Shown here: piece after piece, positions 1-8,871 of the stretch
Numbering within the stretch: position 1 is the first letter of the stretch
Layout of the letters: each line of letters opens with the position of its first letter
NCBI GenBank assembly: GCA_014801595.1
Contig: JAAVDV010000030.1
Location: forward strand, 12,633 to 44,750
Direction of reading: 5' to 3'
Origin: Bacteroides sp.
GTDB lineage: Bacteria; Bacteroidota; Bacteroidia; Bacteroidales; Muribaculaceae
Length of the DNA stretch: 32,118 nucleotides
The notes under the pieces: generated by a model
What the model saw: the letters and a program-made list of their open reading frames with translations, nothing else
The model's database searches: none
What the model was told of the DNA's origin: nothing
Translations under genes and position numbers: made by a program

Positions 1-1034
1 CCCAACGATAGCAGACTGATGATAGCCACCATCCATTCAAGACGTTGATATAGTTGCCGCTGCCGTGTGGCATAGGCCCCGTCAACCGTCGGGAGTATCC
101 TCAGTGACTGCGCGTTGCGCATACGCGCGGAGAAGAAATTGGCATCCGCTATGCTCTTTTTCAGATATATGTTAGCCCCATCGATGTCACCGTCGTCATA
201 CATGTTGGTGGCCATCTCCCGGAACGACATATTCTCCTTGACCGCCCCCTTCAGATCGGATATGGCACTCCGCGTCAGATACTCCTTGTAATCATCACGA
301 TCTCCATTGACTTTGTAGACATAGGCCAGAATGGAGGCGAGGATAGAGTATTCACGGCTACCCTCCGGATAAGCCCCTAACGCATCCCTGAGCCGGCTGA
401 TAGCCTTCGCGGCGTCGCCATCGCCTTCGATTTGCGGGATGACGTAAATCGTATATATGAACGACAGGGTGTCGGAGACGTTCCTGATCGAATCGACATA
501 CTGCCGCCTGCATTGCTCATATTCATGCTCAAGACCGGCATCGAAATCCGTATTGTATTCCACCATATACTGATAAAGCGAGCAGTAATTGGCAAAATAC
601 TGTTCGCGGTCGGCATCGGGAAGCGAGGAGGCATCGATCGATTCCATAATTCCTTTGGCATCGGAAAATAATCCTGCATGGGAATAGAGGTCGGCCTTCT
701 TCAGCAGAAGCCTCATGTGTGTCAGGGAATCCGACTCGGCTATCGGCGATTCGAGGTTTAGATTTATGTAGTGGAGCGCGGAATCTGCCTTATAGGCTTC
801 ATATTCATTGATGAGGAGATTGACGGTCTCATAACGTTTCCGGGGATCCTGTGGCCTCGACAGGAGTCTGCGCAATGAGTCAAGGCGGTTTTCCTTAATT
901 TGCACATATTTATCTTCAGAGGCGATGAGCTGGTCGAGATTACGGCGCAGATCATCCGTGGCGCCCCCGTCGCCGTCGCGTCGGCAGCCGCTTACGATAA
1001 AGAGAAGGAGTGTGACAATGTAAAGTATTTTCAT
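1..1034 (-). CDS. susR: SusR-like (DUF6377-type) membrane transcriptional regulator, 3' end beyond the window edge
   Basis: Absent from the ORF track because it runs off the edge. I translated both ends by hand: from the ATG at 1034, MKILYIVTLLLFIVSGC...LRRNLDQLIASEDKYVQIKENRLDSLR...INEYEAYKADSALHY; near the edge, YLKKSIADANFFSARMRNAQSLRILPTVDGAY followed by a TM-like WMVAIISLLSL. This is the typical SusR/DUF6377 layout, and it lies next to a starch PUL. Confidence 0.8.
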   Translation of the reverse strand, partial: MKILYIVTLLLFIVSGCRRDGDGGATDDLRRNLDQLIASEDKYVQIKENRLDSLRRLLSRPQDPRKRYETVNLLINEYEAYKADSALHYINLNLESPIAESDSLTHMRLLLKKADLYSHAGLFSDAKGIMESIDASSLPDADREQYFANYCSLYQYMVEYNTDFDAGLEHEYEQCRRQYVDSIRNVSDTLSFIYTIYVIPQIEGDGDAAKAISRLRDALGAYPEGSREYSILASILAYVYKVNGDRDDYKEYLTRSAISDLKGAVKENMSFREMATNMYDDGDIDGANIYLKKSIADANFFSARMRNAQSLRILPTVDGAYATRQRQLYQRLEWMVAIISLLSL

Positions 1035-1048
1035 ATGGCGCGTCCTGA

Positions 1049-2365
1049 TCAGAATGAGAGTTGCAGCATCGCCTCAAGGCGGTTTGAGGAGCCATGGCTG
1101 CCGTCGAAATTCTTGCGCTCCCCTATCATATACTCTCCGCCGACACTGAGGCGCGGAGTGACCTCCCAGAACAGATTGACGGCGCCGCACAAGCCATATT
1201 TATAGCCTGCCGGATCGGCCGGACGATCCTCGTAATTGCGCAGCTGCGAGAATGTGACGGCCGAATAGAGGTCGGGGCGGAAATTATATTTGCAGCCGAC
1301 AAAATAGGAGAAAGCCCGGGGAAGCTGCAGCACACCCGGCTCCCCCTCCACCCCGACGAGGTCATGGGCGCCGTTGCTGAGGTCATACATATAGCTTGAA
1401 TGGCCCGCGCCGTAGACGGCGATGCCATAGACGGAAAGGTCGGGGATTACCTTTACGACCGTGGAAAGCGCGAGTCCCCAGCCCGTCTTGTTATGATTGC
1501 GTCCGGCGATAAGGTCGCGATATGTGAGGGTGCGCAGCAGACCCGACAGACGGATATGGCTGAATCCCTGATGCCATTGATATTGCCCGAAGGCAGCCAC
1601 ATCCGGCAGGTAGGGGGCGCAGGCCTCTGTGGAGGTCTCATTGTCGGCTATATAAGTGGATGGAAATTCCAGTCCGCCGGCCACGCTCCATCCGCTCCGG
1701 AAATCCTTCTGATAGCGCACGAGGATGTTGGCGCGGTCGACCGTGCCGGCTCCCCCGCCTCCGTCACACATTCTCGGCATGGCTCCGGCATCGAGAAATG
1801 TGCTGAGGGCGTAACCCGCCGTGAACCCTCTCATGCGGATGTAGGCGCGGCGGATTCGGAAATCCGTCCTGTTGTATCCCCTGAATCCACCTTCGAGATA
1901 TGCGAAGAAATCCCCTACGGCGGTGTTGCGCCCAAGCAGGGTGAAGAAGAAGCCTGAGTTGGCGGGAGTGGCGTAGAGGCGTTTCATGGCCGCCGGATTC
2001 TTGGGGATGGGGATATTGTAGGGGGAGAACACATATGGCTCCACTATGCCGTTCCAATCCTCCCAGCCGCGGATCGTCAGCAGCCCTCCCACTCCCAGCG
2101 CGAGATGGGCATCCTTGGTCATCATCATGAAATAGGGGGCCTCCGGATCACGGAATGTCCTGAACTGGTCGGTATAGAATATATCCATCAGCGTGCGCAC
2201 CGAGTCGGATTCCTGTTCACCTCCGGGGGTGAATATTTTCTGTCGTTCGAGCAGTTTCTGCCGTTGAATCTGTTCGGGGTATATGAGCGGTGTCTTTATG
2301 GTATCGGAGGCATAGGCGGAAATCAGGATAGATATACATCCGATGAGCAGATTGAGTTTCTTCAT
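1049..2365 (-). CDS. DcaP-like outer-membrane porin
   Basis: Signal peptide, amphipathic beta-strands and C-terminal Phe (LQLSF). Motifs FxDPxAPYF, PDxAAFGQY..SHIRLSGLLR and NLFW..GGEY..G.R resemble Bacteroidales DcaP-family porins. Confidence 0.7.
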   Translation of the reverse strand: MKKLNLLIGCISILISAYASDTIKTPLIYPEQIQRQKLLERQKIFTPGGEQESDSVRTLMDIFYTDQFRTFRDPEAPYFMMMTKDAHLALGVGGLLTIRGWEDWNGIVEPYVFSPYNIPIPKNPAAMKRLYATPANSGFFFTLLGRNTAVGDFFAYLEGGFRGYNRTDFRIRRAYIRMRGFTAGYALSTFLDAGAMPRMCDGGGGAGTVDRANILVRYQKDFRSGWSVAGGLEFPSTYIADNETSTEACAPYLPDVAAFGQYQWHQGFSHIRLSGLLRTLTYRDLIAGRNHNKTGWGLALSTVVKVIPDLSVYGIAVYGAGHSSYMYDLSNGAHDLVGVEGEPGVLQLPRAFSYFVGCKYNFRPDLYSAVTFSQLRNYEDRPADPAGYKYGLCGAVNLFWEVTPRLSVGGEYMIGERKNFDGSHGSSNRLEAMLQLSF

Positions 2366-2387
2366 GATGATGGATATGTTTGACGTG

Positions 2388-2419
2388 CAAATGTAGCCAA
2401 AAATAATGACATATCCAAT
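2388..2419 (-). promoter_or_regulatory. Bacteroidetes primary-sigma promoter for porin-susR
   Basis: Minus-strand TACATTTG (-7 consensus TAnnTTTG) at 2395-2388, with ATTG 20 nt upstream. Confidence 0.6.
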
Positions 2420-2663
2420 CTTCTCGCCGATAATTCATCTGAGCCTCCCGTCATTATGCCGAATCCGATTCTCTCTCCCCGCGCCACTGCAACAACCTAT
2501 CGCGGAAAGGAGTCGGGCAGGGAGGCGGAAATTGGCTAAAAAATGTAAATCAGCGAGTTTGATTCACCGTTTTTTTTCTTAGATAAATTGATTGAATAAA
2601 TAAGTTATATATCTGATTTCAAGATAGTTGATATTTAGATAATTTAGATTGTATCCGAGATGG

Positions 2664-2695
2664 TTTGACAATGTAAAAAAGTATTAAGAAATTTG
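2664..2695 (+). promoter_or_regulatory. Putative susC promoter with a non-consensus -7 box
   Basis: TTTG (2664-2667), 20 nt spacer, GAAATTTG (2688-2695). Confidence 0.45.
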
Positions 2696-2776
2696 CAGGC
2701 GATAAGGCACCTCTACCCTATCGGACATTTACCGTGAGAAGACTCAAAAACAATTAATCTAAATATTTTTTACATC

Positions 2777-5770
2777 ATGGAATCCAAAACCAGTAGAATC
2801 CGGATCGCCCTCGTTGCGGTCATGGCTACTCTCGGCCTTCTTCTCTTCCCCGCCGAGGCCTTGGCAGCATTGACCGTGACCGGCACAGTATCCGATCCGG
2901 GTGGCGATGTCCTTATCGGCGCCACAGTTTCAGTCAAGGGGCACCAGTCGAATGCCACGGCTACCGACATCGACGGTGTCTACACCCTTAAGAATGTCCC
3001 CGAAGATGGCACTCTCGTATTCAGCTATGTGGGCTTCGGCTCGGTTGAGGAGAAAGTCAACGGACGCACCACCATCAATGTGGTCATGAAGGAGGACACC
3101 GAAATCCTCGACGAGCTCATCGTCGTCGGCTACGGTTCGCTCAGCCGCAAGGAACTTTCCAGCTCAGTGACTCAGGTAAACAAGGATGACTTCCAGCAGG
3201 GCGCCATGAACAACGCCATGGAGATGCTCACAGGTAAGGTGGCCGGTCTCAACGTCAGCAACACTTCTGCAGCCGACCCCAACGCCTCATCCTCTCTCCA
3301 GGTGCGCGGCGCGACATCAATCTCCGCCGGCAACGGTCCTCTCGTCGTTATCGACGGTGTGACGGGCGGTGATATCCGAACACTCGCTCCCCAGGACATC
3401 GAGTCGATGACTGTCCTGAAGGATGCCGCTTCGGCCGCTATATATGGTACACGCGGTGCGAACGGCGTTATCCTCGTGACTACCAAGAAGGGTGCCGGCG
3501 AACCCGGTAAGCCCATCGTGACTTATGAATCATACGCCGCCATGTCTATCGCGCGTGACAAGCCTGAAGTACTCTCTCCCTATGAATGGCGTCTCGCACG
3601 CCGAGGCAACGACTACGGCGCAAGCACCGACTGGTACAGCCTCATCACCCGCGATGTCTCCTACGACACCAACCAGTATGTCTCTATCGACGGCAACCTC
3701 GCCAACGGCGGCTACTACACCGCATCTCTCAACTATAAGCAGGCCAACGGTCTCGATATCGTGAGCAAGCGTCAGGAATTCGGCGGCCGCACAGCAGTAT
3801 CGGCCAACCTGCTCGACAACCACCTCCGCATCTCGGCATCTCTCAACGCTCGCCGTGTCAACGAGGACTGGGGCGACAGCGGAATGTTTGACACCGCTCT
3901 GGGCATGAACCCGACAATCCCCGTCTTCAACGAGGATGGCTCATATTATCAGCCCACATCTCCGACTGATATCAAGAACCCCGTGCAGCAGCTCAAGGTC
4001 AACACCTCTAAGGGCTGGCGCAATTACCTGCTCGGCACTGCCGACGTGAAATACTCCATCTGGAGCAATGAGAACCACAACCTCAGCACTACCCTCTCCT
4101 ACTCCTACGACTACAACGACCTCAAGAGCGACTATTATACACCCTCGACTTCAGGCGAGTCTTACTGGGGCGGCTACGCAGGCCGTGCATCCAACCAGTA
4201 TCAGAAATGGTGGACAGCCCGTCTCGAATGGATCGGCAACTACGGTTATGTCAACGATGATCATGACTTCAAGCTCATGGGCGGTTACTCCTTCGAGCGC
4301 ACCAACTGGGAGCAGATGTTCATGCAGAACAACAACTTCACATTCGACAACCCGCTGTGGTACGGCATCGGCGCCGGCTCATGGCTGAGCGACGGTAAGG
4401 CGGCTATGTACGGCGGACGTACCGAATCGAAACTCATCGGCTTCTTCGGACGTGCCAATTACTCTTGGAAAGAGATGCTCATCGCGTCGGCCTCCATCCG
4501 TTATGAGGGTAGCACCAAATTCGGCGCCGACAAGAAATGGGGTGCCTTCCCCTCCGCCTCTATCGCATGGGAAATGGCTCAGGCTCCCTTCCTGAAGGAT
4601 TATCCCGAAACAGTGCAGAGCCTCAAGCCCCGCTTCTCTTATGGTGAGACAGGCCGAAGTGACTTCGCCGCATACCAGTCTCTGACAACCTACTCCACAC
4701 CTCCGTCAGAAGCAAATTTCTGGCAGGGAGACCAGTACCTTATTGACGGCTCATGGATACAGGCTTACATGCCCTCCAACAATGCTAACCCGTTACTGGC
4801 ATGGGAGAAGGTGACCAGCACCAACTACGGTGTGGACTTCATGTTCTTCAATCGTCTCTACGGTTCAATCGAATACTATGACCGCCGCTCACGCGACCTG
4901 CTCTATACCTACACTGCTCCTCAGCCCCCATACATGTATCCCTCGATCCTCGTGAACGTAGGTACAATCAAGAATACCGGTGTGGAACTTGTGCTCAACG
5001 GCGATATCATCGTCAACCAGCCCTGCACATGGTCATCCACTATCAACTACTCCTACAGCACATCAAAACTCACCAAGCTCTCCAACTCCATCTATCAGGC
5101 ATCCTATCTCGATCTTTATCAGAAGCCGGGTATCGGTACAAGCGAATACTTCTTCCGTGTCGAAGAGGGTGGCAAGGTCGGTCAGTTCTACGGCTATGAG
5201 TATGCCGGCTACGATGAATCCCACAACATGCTCGTCTATAACAAGGATGGTGAAAAGATTACCGCATCCTCAGCCGACCCCAACGACAAGCGTTACATCG
5301 GCAACGGTGCCCCGAGCCACTTCCTGACCTGGAGCAACAGCCTCAAGTGGAAAAACTTCGACCTGAACCTCATGTTCACAGGTGCATTCGGTTTCGAAAT
5401 CTTCAACATGCGCAAGTATGGCATGGGTCTGCAGGGTTCAGGCTCCGACAACCTGCTCCGCAGCGCATATCTCGAAGATAAGGATGTATGGAGCGGCGGT
5501 GGCGTAATCTCCTCTTACTTCCTTGAGAAGGGCGACTACTTCAAGCTTGAGAATATCACTCTCGGCTATACCGTCCCGCTGAAGAACCGTCGTCTGCTCG
5601 ACAATCTGCGCGTCTACGTTTCAGCCCGCAATATCTTCACCCTCACCAAGTACAGCGGCACCGATCCCTCGGCTGTTCCCTCCACGGGCGTGACTCCGGG
5701 TGTTGACGTATCAAGCGCCTACCCGACTGCCACACAGCTCACTCTCGGTGTGACCCTGAAATTCAAATAA
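2777..5770 (+). CDS. susC: SusC/RagA TonB-dependent transporter
   Basis: N-terminal carboxypeptidase-regulatory-like domain, VVGYG, the plug motif DIESMTVLKDAASAAIYGTRGANGVILVTTKKG, and a C-terminal barrel strand. Confidence 0.97.
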   Translation: MESKTSRIRIALVAVMATLGLLLFPAEALAALTVTGTVSDPGGDVLIGATVSVKGHQSNATATDIDGVYTLKNVPEDGTLVFSYVGFGSVEEKVNGRTTINVVMKEDTEILDELIVVGYGSLSRKELSSSVTQVNKDDFQQGAMNNAMEMLTGKVAGLNVSNTSAADPNASSSLQVRGATSISAGNGPLVVIDGVTGGDIRTLAPQDIESMTVLKDAASAAIYGTRGANGVILVTTKKGAGEPGKPIVTYESYAAMSIARDKPEVLSPYEWRLARRGNDYGASTDWYSLITRDVSYDTNQYVSIDGNLANGGYYTASLNYKQANGLDIVSKRQEFGGRTAVSANLLDNHLRISASLNARRVNEDWGDSGMFDTALGMNPTIPVFNEDGSYYQPTSPTDIKNPVQQLKVNTSKGWRNYLLGTADVKYSIWSNENHNLSTTLSYSYDYNDLKSDYYTPSTSGESYWGGYAGRASNQYQKWWTARLEWIGNYGYVNDDHDFKLMGGYSFERTNWEQMFMQNNNFTFDNPLWYGIGAGSWLSDGKAAMYGGRTESKLIGFFGRANYSWKEMLIASASIRYEGSTKFGADKKWGAFPSASIAWEMAQAPFLKDYPETVQSLKPRFSYGETGRSDFAAYQSLTTYSTPPSEANFWQGDQYLIDGSWIQAYMPSNNANPLLAWEKVTSTNYGVDFMFFNRLYGSIEYYDRRSRDLLYTYTAPQPPYMYPSILVNVGTIKNTGVELVLNGDIIVNQPCTWSSTINYSYSTSKLTKLSNSIYQASYLDLYQKPGIGTSEYFFRVEEGGKVGQFYGYEYAGYDESHNMLVYNKDGEKITASSADPNDKRYIGNGAPSHFLTWSNSLKWKNFDLNLMFTGAFGFEIFNMRKYGMGLQGSGSDNLLRSAYLEDKDVWSGGGVISSYFLEKGDYFKLENITLGYTVPLKNRRLLDNLRVYVSARNIFTLTKYSGTDPSAVPSTGVTPGVDVSSAYPTATQLTLGVTLKFK

Positions 5771-5818
5771 TCATCTCCTCTGATGAGACACATCATCTTT
5801 AAATCACAGAAGAATACA

Positions 5819-7618
5819 ATGAAACCTATAAAATATATCGGAGGCTTCCTGGCAGCCACAATGCTTTCGTTGGGCACCGTAGGCTGCACCGACCTCGATG
5901 AAAAGACGTTCGACCGTATCGACGCATCGACATACTATCAGGATGAGAATAGTGTCAAGGGTGCGTTGGCCGCAATCTATCTCAGCGCACAATATGGCTG
6001 GCTGGAATATTTCTGGTATCTTAACGAGTTCCCCGCCGACCAGATCGCATGGCGTTCATGGAACGGCAGCGCATGGGGATGGGACGAAGCCGAAAAATTC
6101 GTGCTCTCGTCACAGACCTGGAACTCCGAGTCCAAAATTATCCGTGATGCCTGGGAACACGCCTGGCAGACAATCGCCCTCTGTAACCTCTTCATTCAGA
6201 ATCTTTCACAACTTGATCCCGGTTCAATCGGCATGACGCAGGATGCCATTGACAACTATATCGCAGAAGCACGCACCATGCGTGCATGGGCATTCTATAA
6301 TAACTTCGAACTATGGGGAGGCGCACTCCCGATCAATACTTCTACAGGTGGCGAAGTTCCCGGATCAGCGTCAAGCAATTTCGACGAAGGGTGTAAACTG
6401 GTATATAACTTCATCATGGATGAGCTTGACGAGTCGAACTCCAAACTTCCATCTGAAGATGGTTCCGGTGCAGTGCGCGGTCGTCTGAACCAAGGGGTCA
6501 ACCGTATGTTGAAGATGCGTCTTCTCCTCAATTCCGAAATCTTCATCAAGGAGAACCATTACAGTGAATGTGCCGACCTTTGCCAGGAAATCATCGACGG
6601 TAAATACGGCAACTATTCTATCGCCGGCGACTACCGTCAGATCTTCAGCATGGGTAACAATGCTTGCCCCGAGATTGTATTCGCATTCTCCGAGGAGGTC
6701 GGTCATGCCAACGTAACCAACTGCCGCAACACTCCGTTCCTACCCTATAACTATGATGAGTTCACAGGTTTTACCTGTGATCAGGGTGGTTGGAACTGTA
6801 CTATGGTAGTTCCCTCGAAAGACAATAGCGGCACTCTTGTTCCCTATGCCGGCACAGCCAATCCGAAAAGCTTCATCTTCGATTACGGCGACAAGCTCGG
6901 CGCTCCCTACGACCGTATGAACGACAAGGATATCCGCAAGCAGCCTTTCCACTGCGACGCCGCAGGCAACTGGCAGGGCAGATTCTTCATGGGAGCACAG
7001 CTCAACTATTCGACAGCCGCTCCGGTGCTCGCCGACGCTGACCTTCAGGATAAACCTCTCACTTATGTCGACCAGTGCGGCACATTCCTCAACCTCGGCC
7101 GTCAGCTTGAAACTGTCATGTCTCCCCGCTGGGGCGAGACCAACTCAGGTTTCCGTATTATAAACTATCCCATCTATCCCGCATCCGTAGGCTACGACTG
7201 GCGTGACATCAGCGAGGTGGAATTCCGTCTGGCAGAGGTTTACTATACTCTCGCCGAGTGCCGTCTGCGCGAAGGCAACTCCGCCAAGGCCAAGGATCTC
7301 GTCAATCAGGTGCGTCAGCGTTACTTCACCGGCGCAGCGATGGCGGAAATCGAGAAACCGGGCCCCGGCTTCAACGCTTTCGATGCCGACTGGATGCTTA
7401 GCGAATGGGGTCTTGAGTTCCTCAACGAGGGCCGTCGCCGCCGCACAGACCTGCGCCGCTTCGACAAGTTCACTCAGGGTCAGTGGTGGTTCTTCGGCCG
7501 TGCAACCGAGCCCGATCGTCCCGTCCCCGCCAAGCGCGACCGCAAGTATGAGTGGTATCCGCTTCCCCAGTCAGCCCTCATGGTTAACCCGGGTCTGCAC
7601 CAGAATCCCAACTATTAA
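5819..7618 (+). CDS. susD: SusD/RagB glycan-binding lipoprotein
   Basis: Lipobox TVGC-TDLDE; motifs AEARTMRA, FRLAEVYYTLAE, EFLNEG.RRTDLRR and NPGLHQNPNY. ATG 5819 (MKPIKY) is preferred over 5783 on signal-peptide length. Confidence 0.95.
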   Translation: MKPIKYIGGFLAATMLSLGTVGCTDLDEKTFDRIDASTYYQDENSVKGALAAIYLSAQYGWLEYFWYLNEFPADQIAWRSWNGSAWGWDEAEKFVLSSQTWNSESKIIRDAWEHAWQTIALCNLFIQNLSQLDPGSIGMTQDAIDNYIAEARTMRAWAFYNNFELWGGALPINTSTGGEVPGSASSNFDEGCKLVYNFIMDELDESNSKLPSEDGSGAVRGRLNQGVNRMLKMRLLLNSEIFIKENHYSECADLCQEIIDGKYGNYSIAGDYRQIFSMGNNACPEIVFAFSEEVGHANVTNCRNTPFLPYNYDEFTGFTCDQGGWNCTMVVPSKDNSGTLVPYAGTANPKSFIFDYGDKLGAPYDRMNDKDIRKQPFHCDAAGNWQGRFFMGAQLNYSTAAPVLADADLQDKPLTYVDQCGTFLNLGRQLETVMSPRWGETNSGFRIINYPIYPASVGYDWRDISEVEFRLAEVYYTLAECRLREGNSAKAKDLVNQVRQRYFTGAAMAEIEKPGPGFNAFDADWMLSEWGLEFLNEGRRRRTDLRRFDKFTQGQWWFFGRATEPDRPVPAKRDRKYEWYPLPQSALMVNPGLHQNPNY

Positions 7619-7628
7619 AAATTCTCTT

Positions 7629-7673
7629 TCGTAGTCACCGGATAGACCCGGTCAGGACTTCCGGTGACTACGA
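7629..7673 (+). promoter_or_regulatory. Intra-operon stem-loop after susD
   Basis: Perfect 14-bp inverted repeat TCGTAGTCACCGGA/TCCGGTGACTACGA with a 17-nt loop and no U-tract directly after it. Confidence 0.65.
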
Positions 7674-7706
7674 TAAACCAATAAATCTTTTATCCCGAAT
7701 TTCAAG

Positions 7707-8837
7707 ATGAAGAAATCATATATTCTCCATTTGTTCCTCTTGGCACTCGTGACACTGTTCGGTGCCTGCTCGAAGGAGGAGATTGTGTTCGAGAGCGAAC
7801 TCCCCCGCTTCGAACTCCGCCCCGGCTATCAGCTGCTGGAGGTGATTGTCCCCTGGGGAACATTCGTCGATGACGAGATCTATATCGTCGGCGACTTCAA
7901 CGGTGGCGAGGAGAAGGCCGTGGGCGACCCCCGCTGGCTCCTCCAGAAGGCTCCCGACTCCAACGACAAGTGGGGCATCTATATCAACCCCGCCGACTGC
8001 ATCGACGGCTACACTCTTGCCGACGGCTATACGTTCTATAACGTCGAGCAGGGTATGGAACGCACTCTCGACAACCAGGCCGTGCTCCATCATGAGGTGC
8101 CCGCAGTCGGAGAGCGCATCAATGTGTTCCTCTATCGTTGGGCCGACTATTTCACCATCGACGAGCCCGAGACTCCGATCGAACATGACGGCTACGTCAT
8201 CTACGTTGTCGACAACTCCGGCTACAGCGACCTCGCCCTCTACGCATGGGGTGACGCCGAGGCATTCGGCGGTTGGCCCGGCATGAAACCGACCGGCACT
8301 GTGACACTCAACGGCGTGGAATACAAATATTTCGACACCGGCGCATCCAACGAGGGCCTGAACCTCAACCTTATCTTCAACGATAACGGCGGCGGCAAGC
8401 AGCTCGGCGACTACAACGTCACCCTCAACCAGGACTTCTATCTCGAACTGACTCCCGACGGCGTGGTGGAATATGAGCCCTCCGAAGTAGTGGAGCATGA
8501 CGGCTACACTGTCTTCGTACACAATATGTCGGGCTGGGATGAGTTATATCTCTACATGTGGGGCGATGTCAACGACCTCAACGGCGGTTGGCCCGGCATG
8601 GCACCGACAGGCACTCAGAAAATCAACGGTGTGGAATACGTCTACTTCGATCTCGGCGCTGCCAACTGCGACCAGGGGCTGACGGAGCACGTCATCCTCA
8701 ACAACGGCAACGGCAAGCAGGTTGACGACGTGGTTGTCTTCGCTCTTGACCGCGACGTGTATGTGAAGCTGACTTCGAATTCAGCATCTGAAATCGATCC
8801 CGCCGACTATGTGCCCGGCGATGAAGAAGCGGAATAA
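7707..8837 (+). CDS. Surface starch-binding lipoprotein with two tandem CBM26-like modules (SusE/F analogue)
   Basis: Lipobox LFGAC-SKEE. Two ~104-aa repeats, EHDGY...LYxWGD...GGWPGMxPTG...NGVEYxYFD...IxNxxxGKQ, match the CBM26 pattern. Confidence 0.8.
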   Translation: MKKSYILHLFLLALVTLFGACSKEEIVFESELPRFELRPGYQLLEVIVPWGTFVDDEIYIVGDFNGGEEKAVGDPRWLLQKAPDSNDKWGIYINPADCIDGYTLADGYTFYNVEQGMERTLDNQAVLHHEVPAVGERINVFLYRWADYFTIDEPETPIEHDGYVIYVVDNSGYSDLALYAWGDAEAFGGWPGMKPTGTVTLNGVEYKYFDTGASNEGLNLNLIFNDNGGGKQLGDYNVTLNQDFYLELTPDGVVEYEPSEVVEHDGYTVFVHNMSGWDELYLYMWGDVNDLNGGWPGMAPTGTQKINGVEYVYFDLGAANCDQGLTEHVILNNGNGKQVDDVVVFALDRDVYVKLTSNSASEIDPADYVPGDEEAE

Positions 8838-8871
8838 GCCGCTTGATAACCGATATTATCTTTCTTTAGAG

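Noticed and set aside
377-955. Short ORF-track calls at the left edge
   Set aside because: They overlap the SusR-like frame, in other frames or on the opposite strand.
2455-2530. GCCACTG suggesting a cobalamin riboswitch
   Set aside because: The other core elements are not in recognisable order and there are no B12-related genes here.
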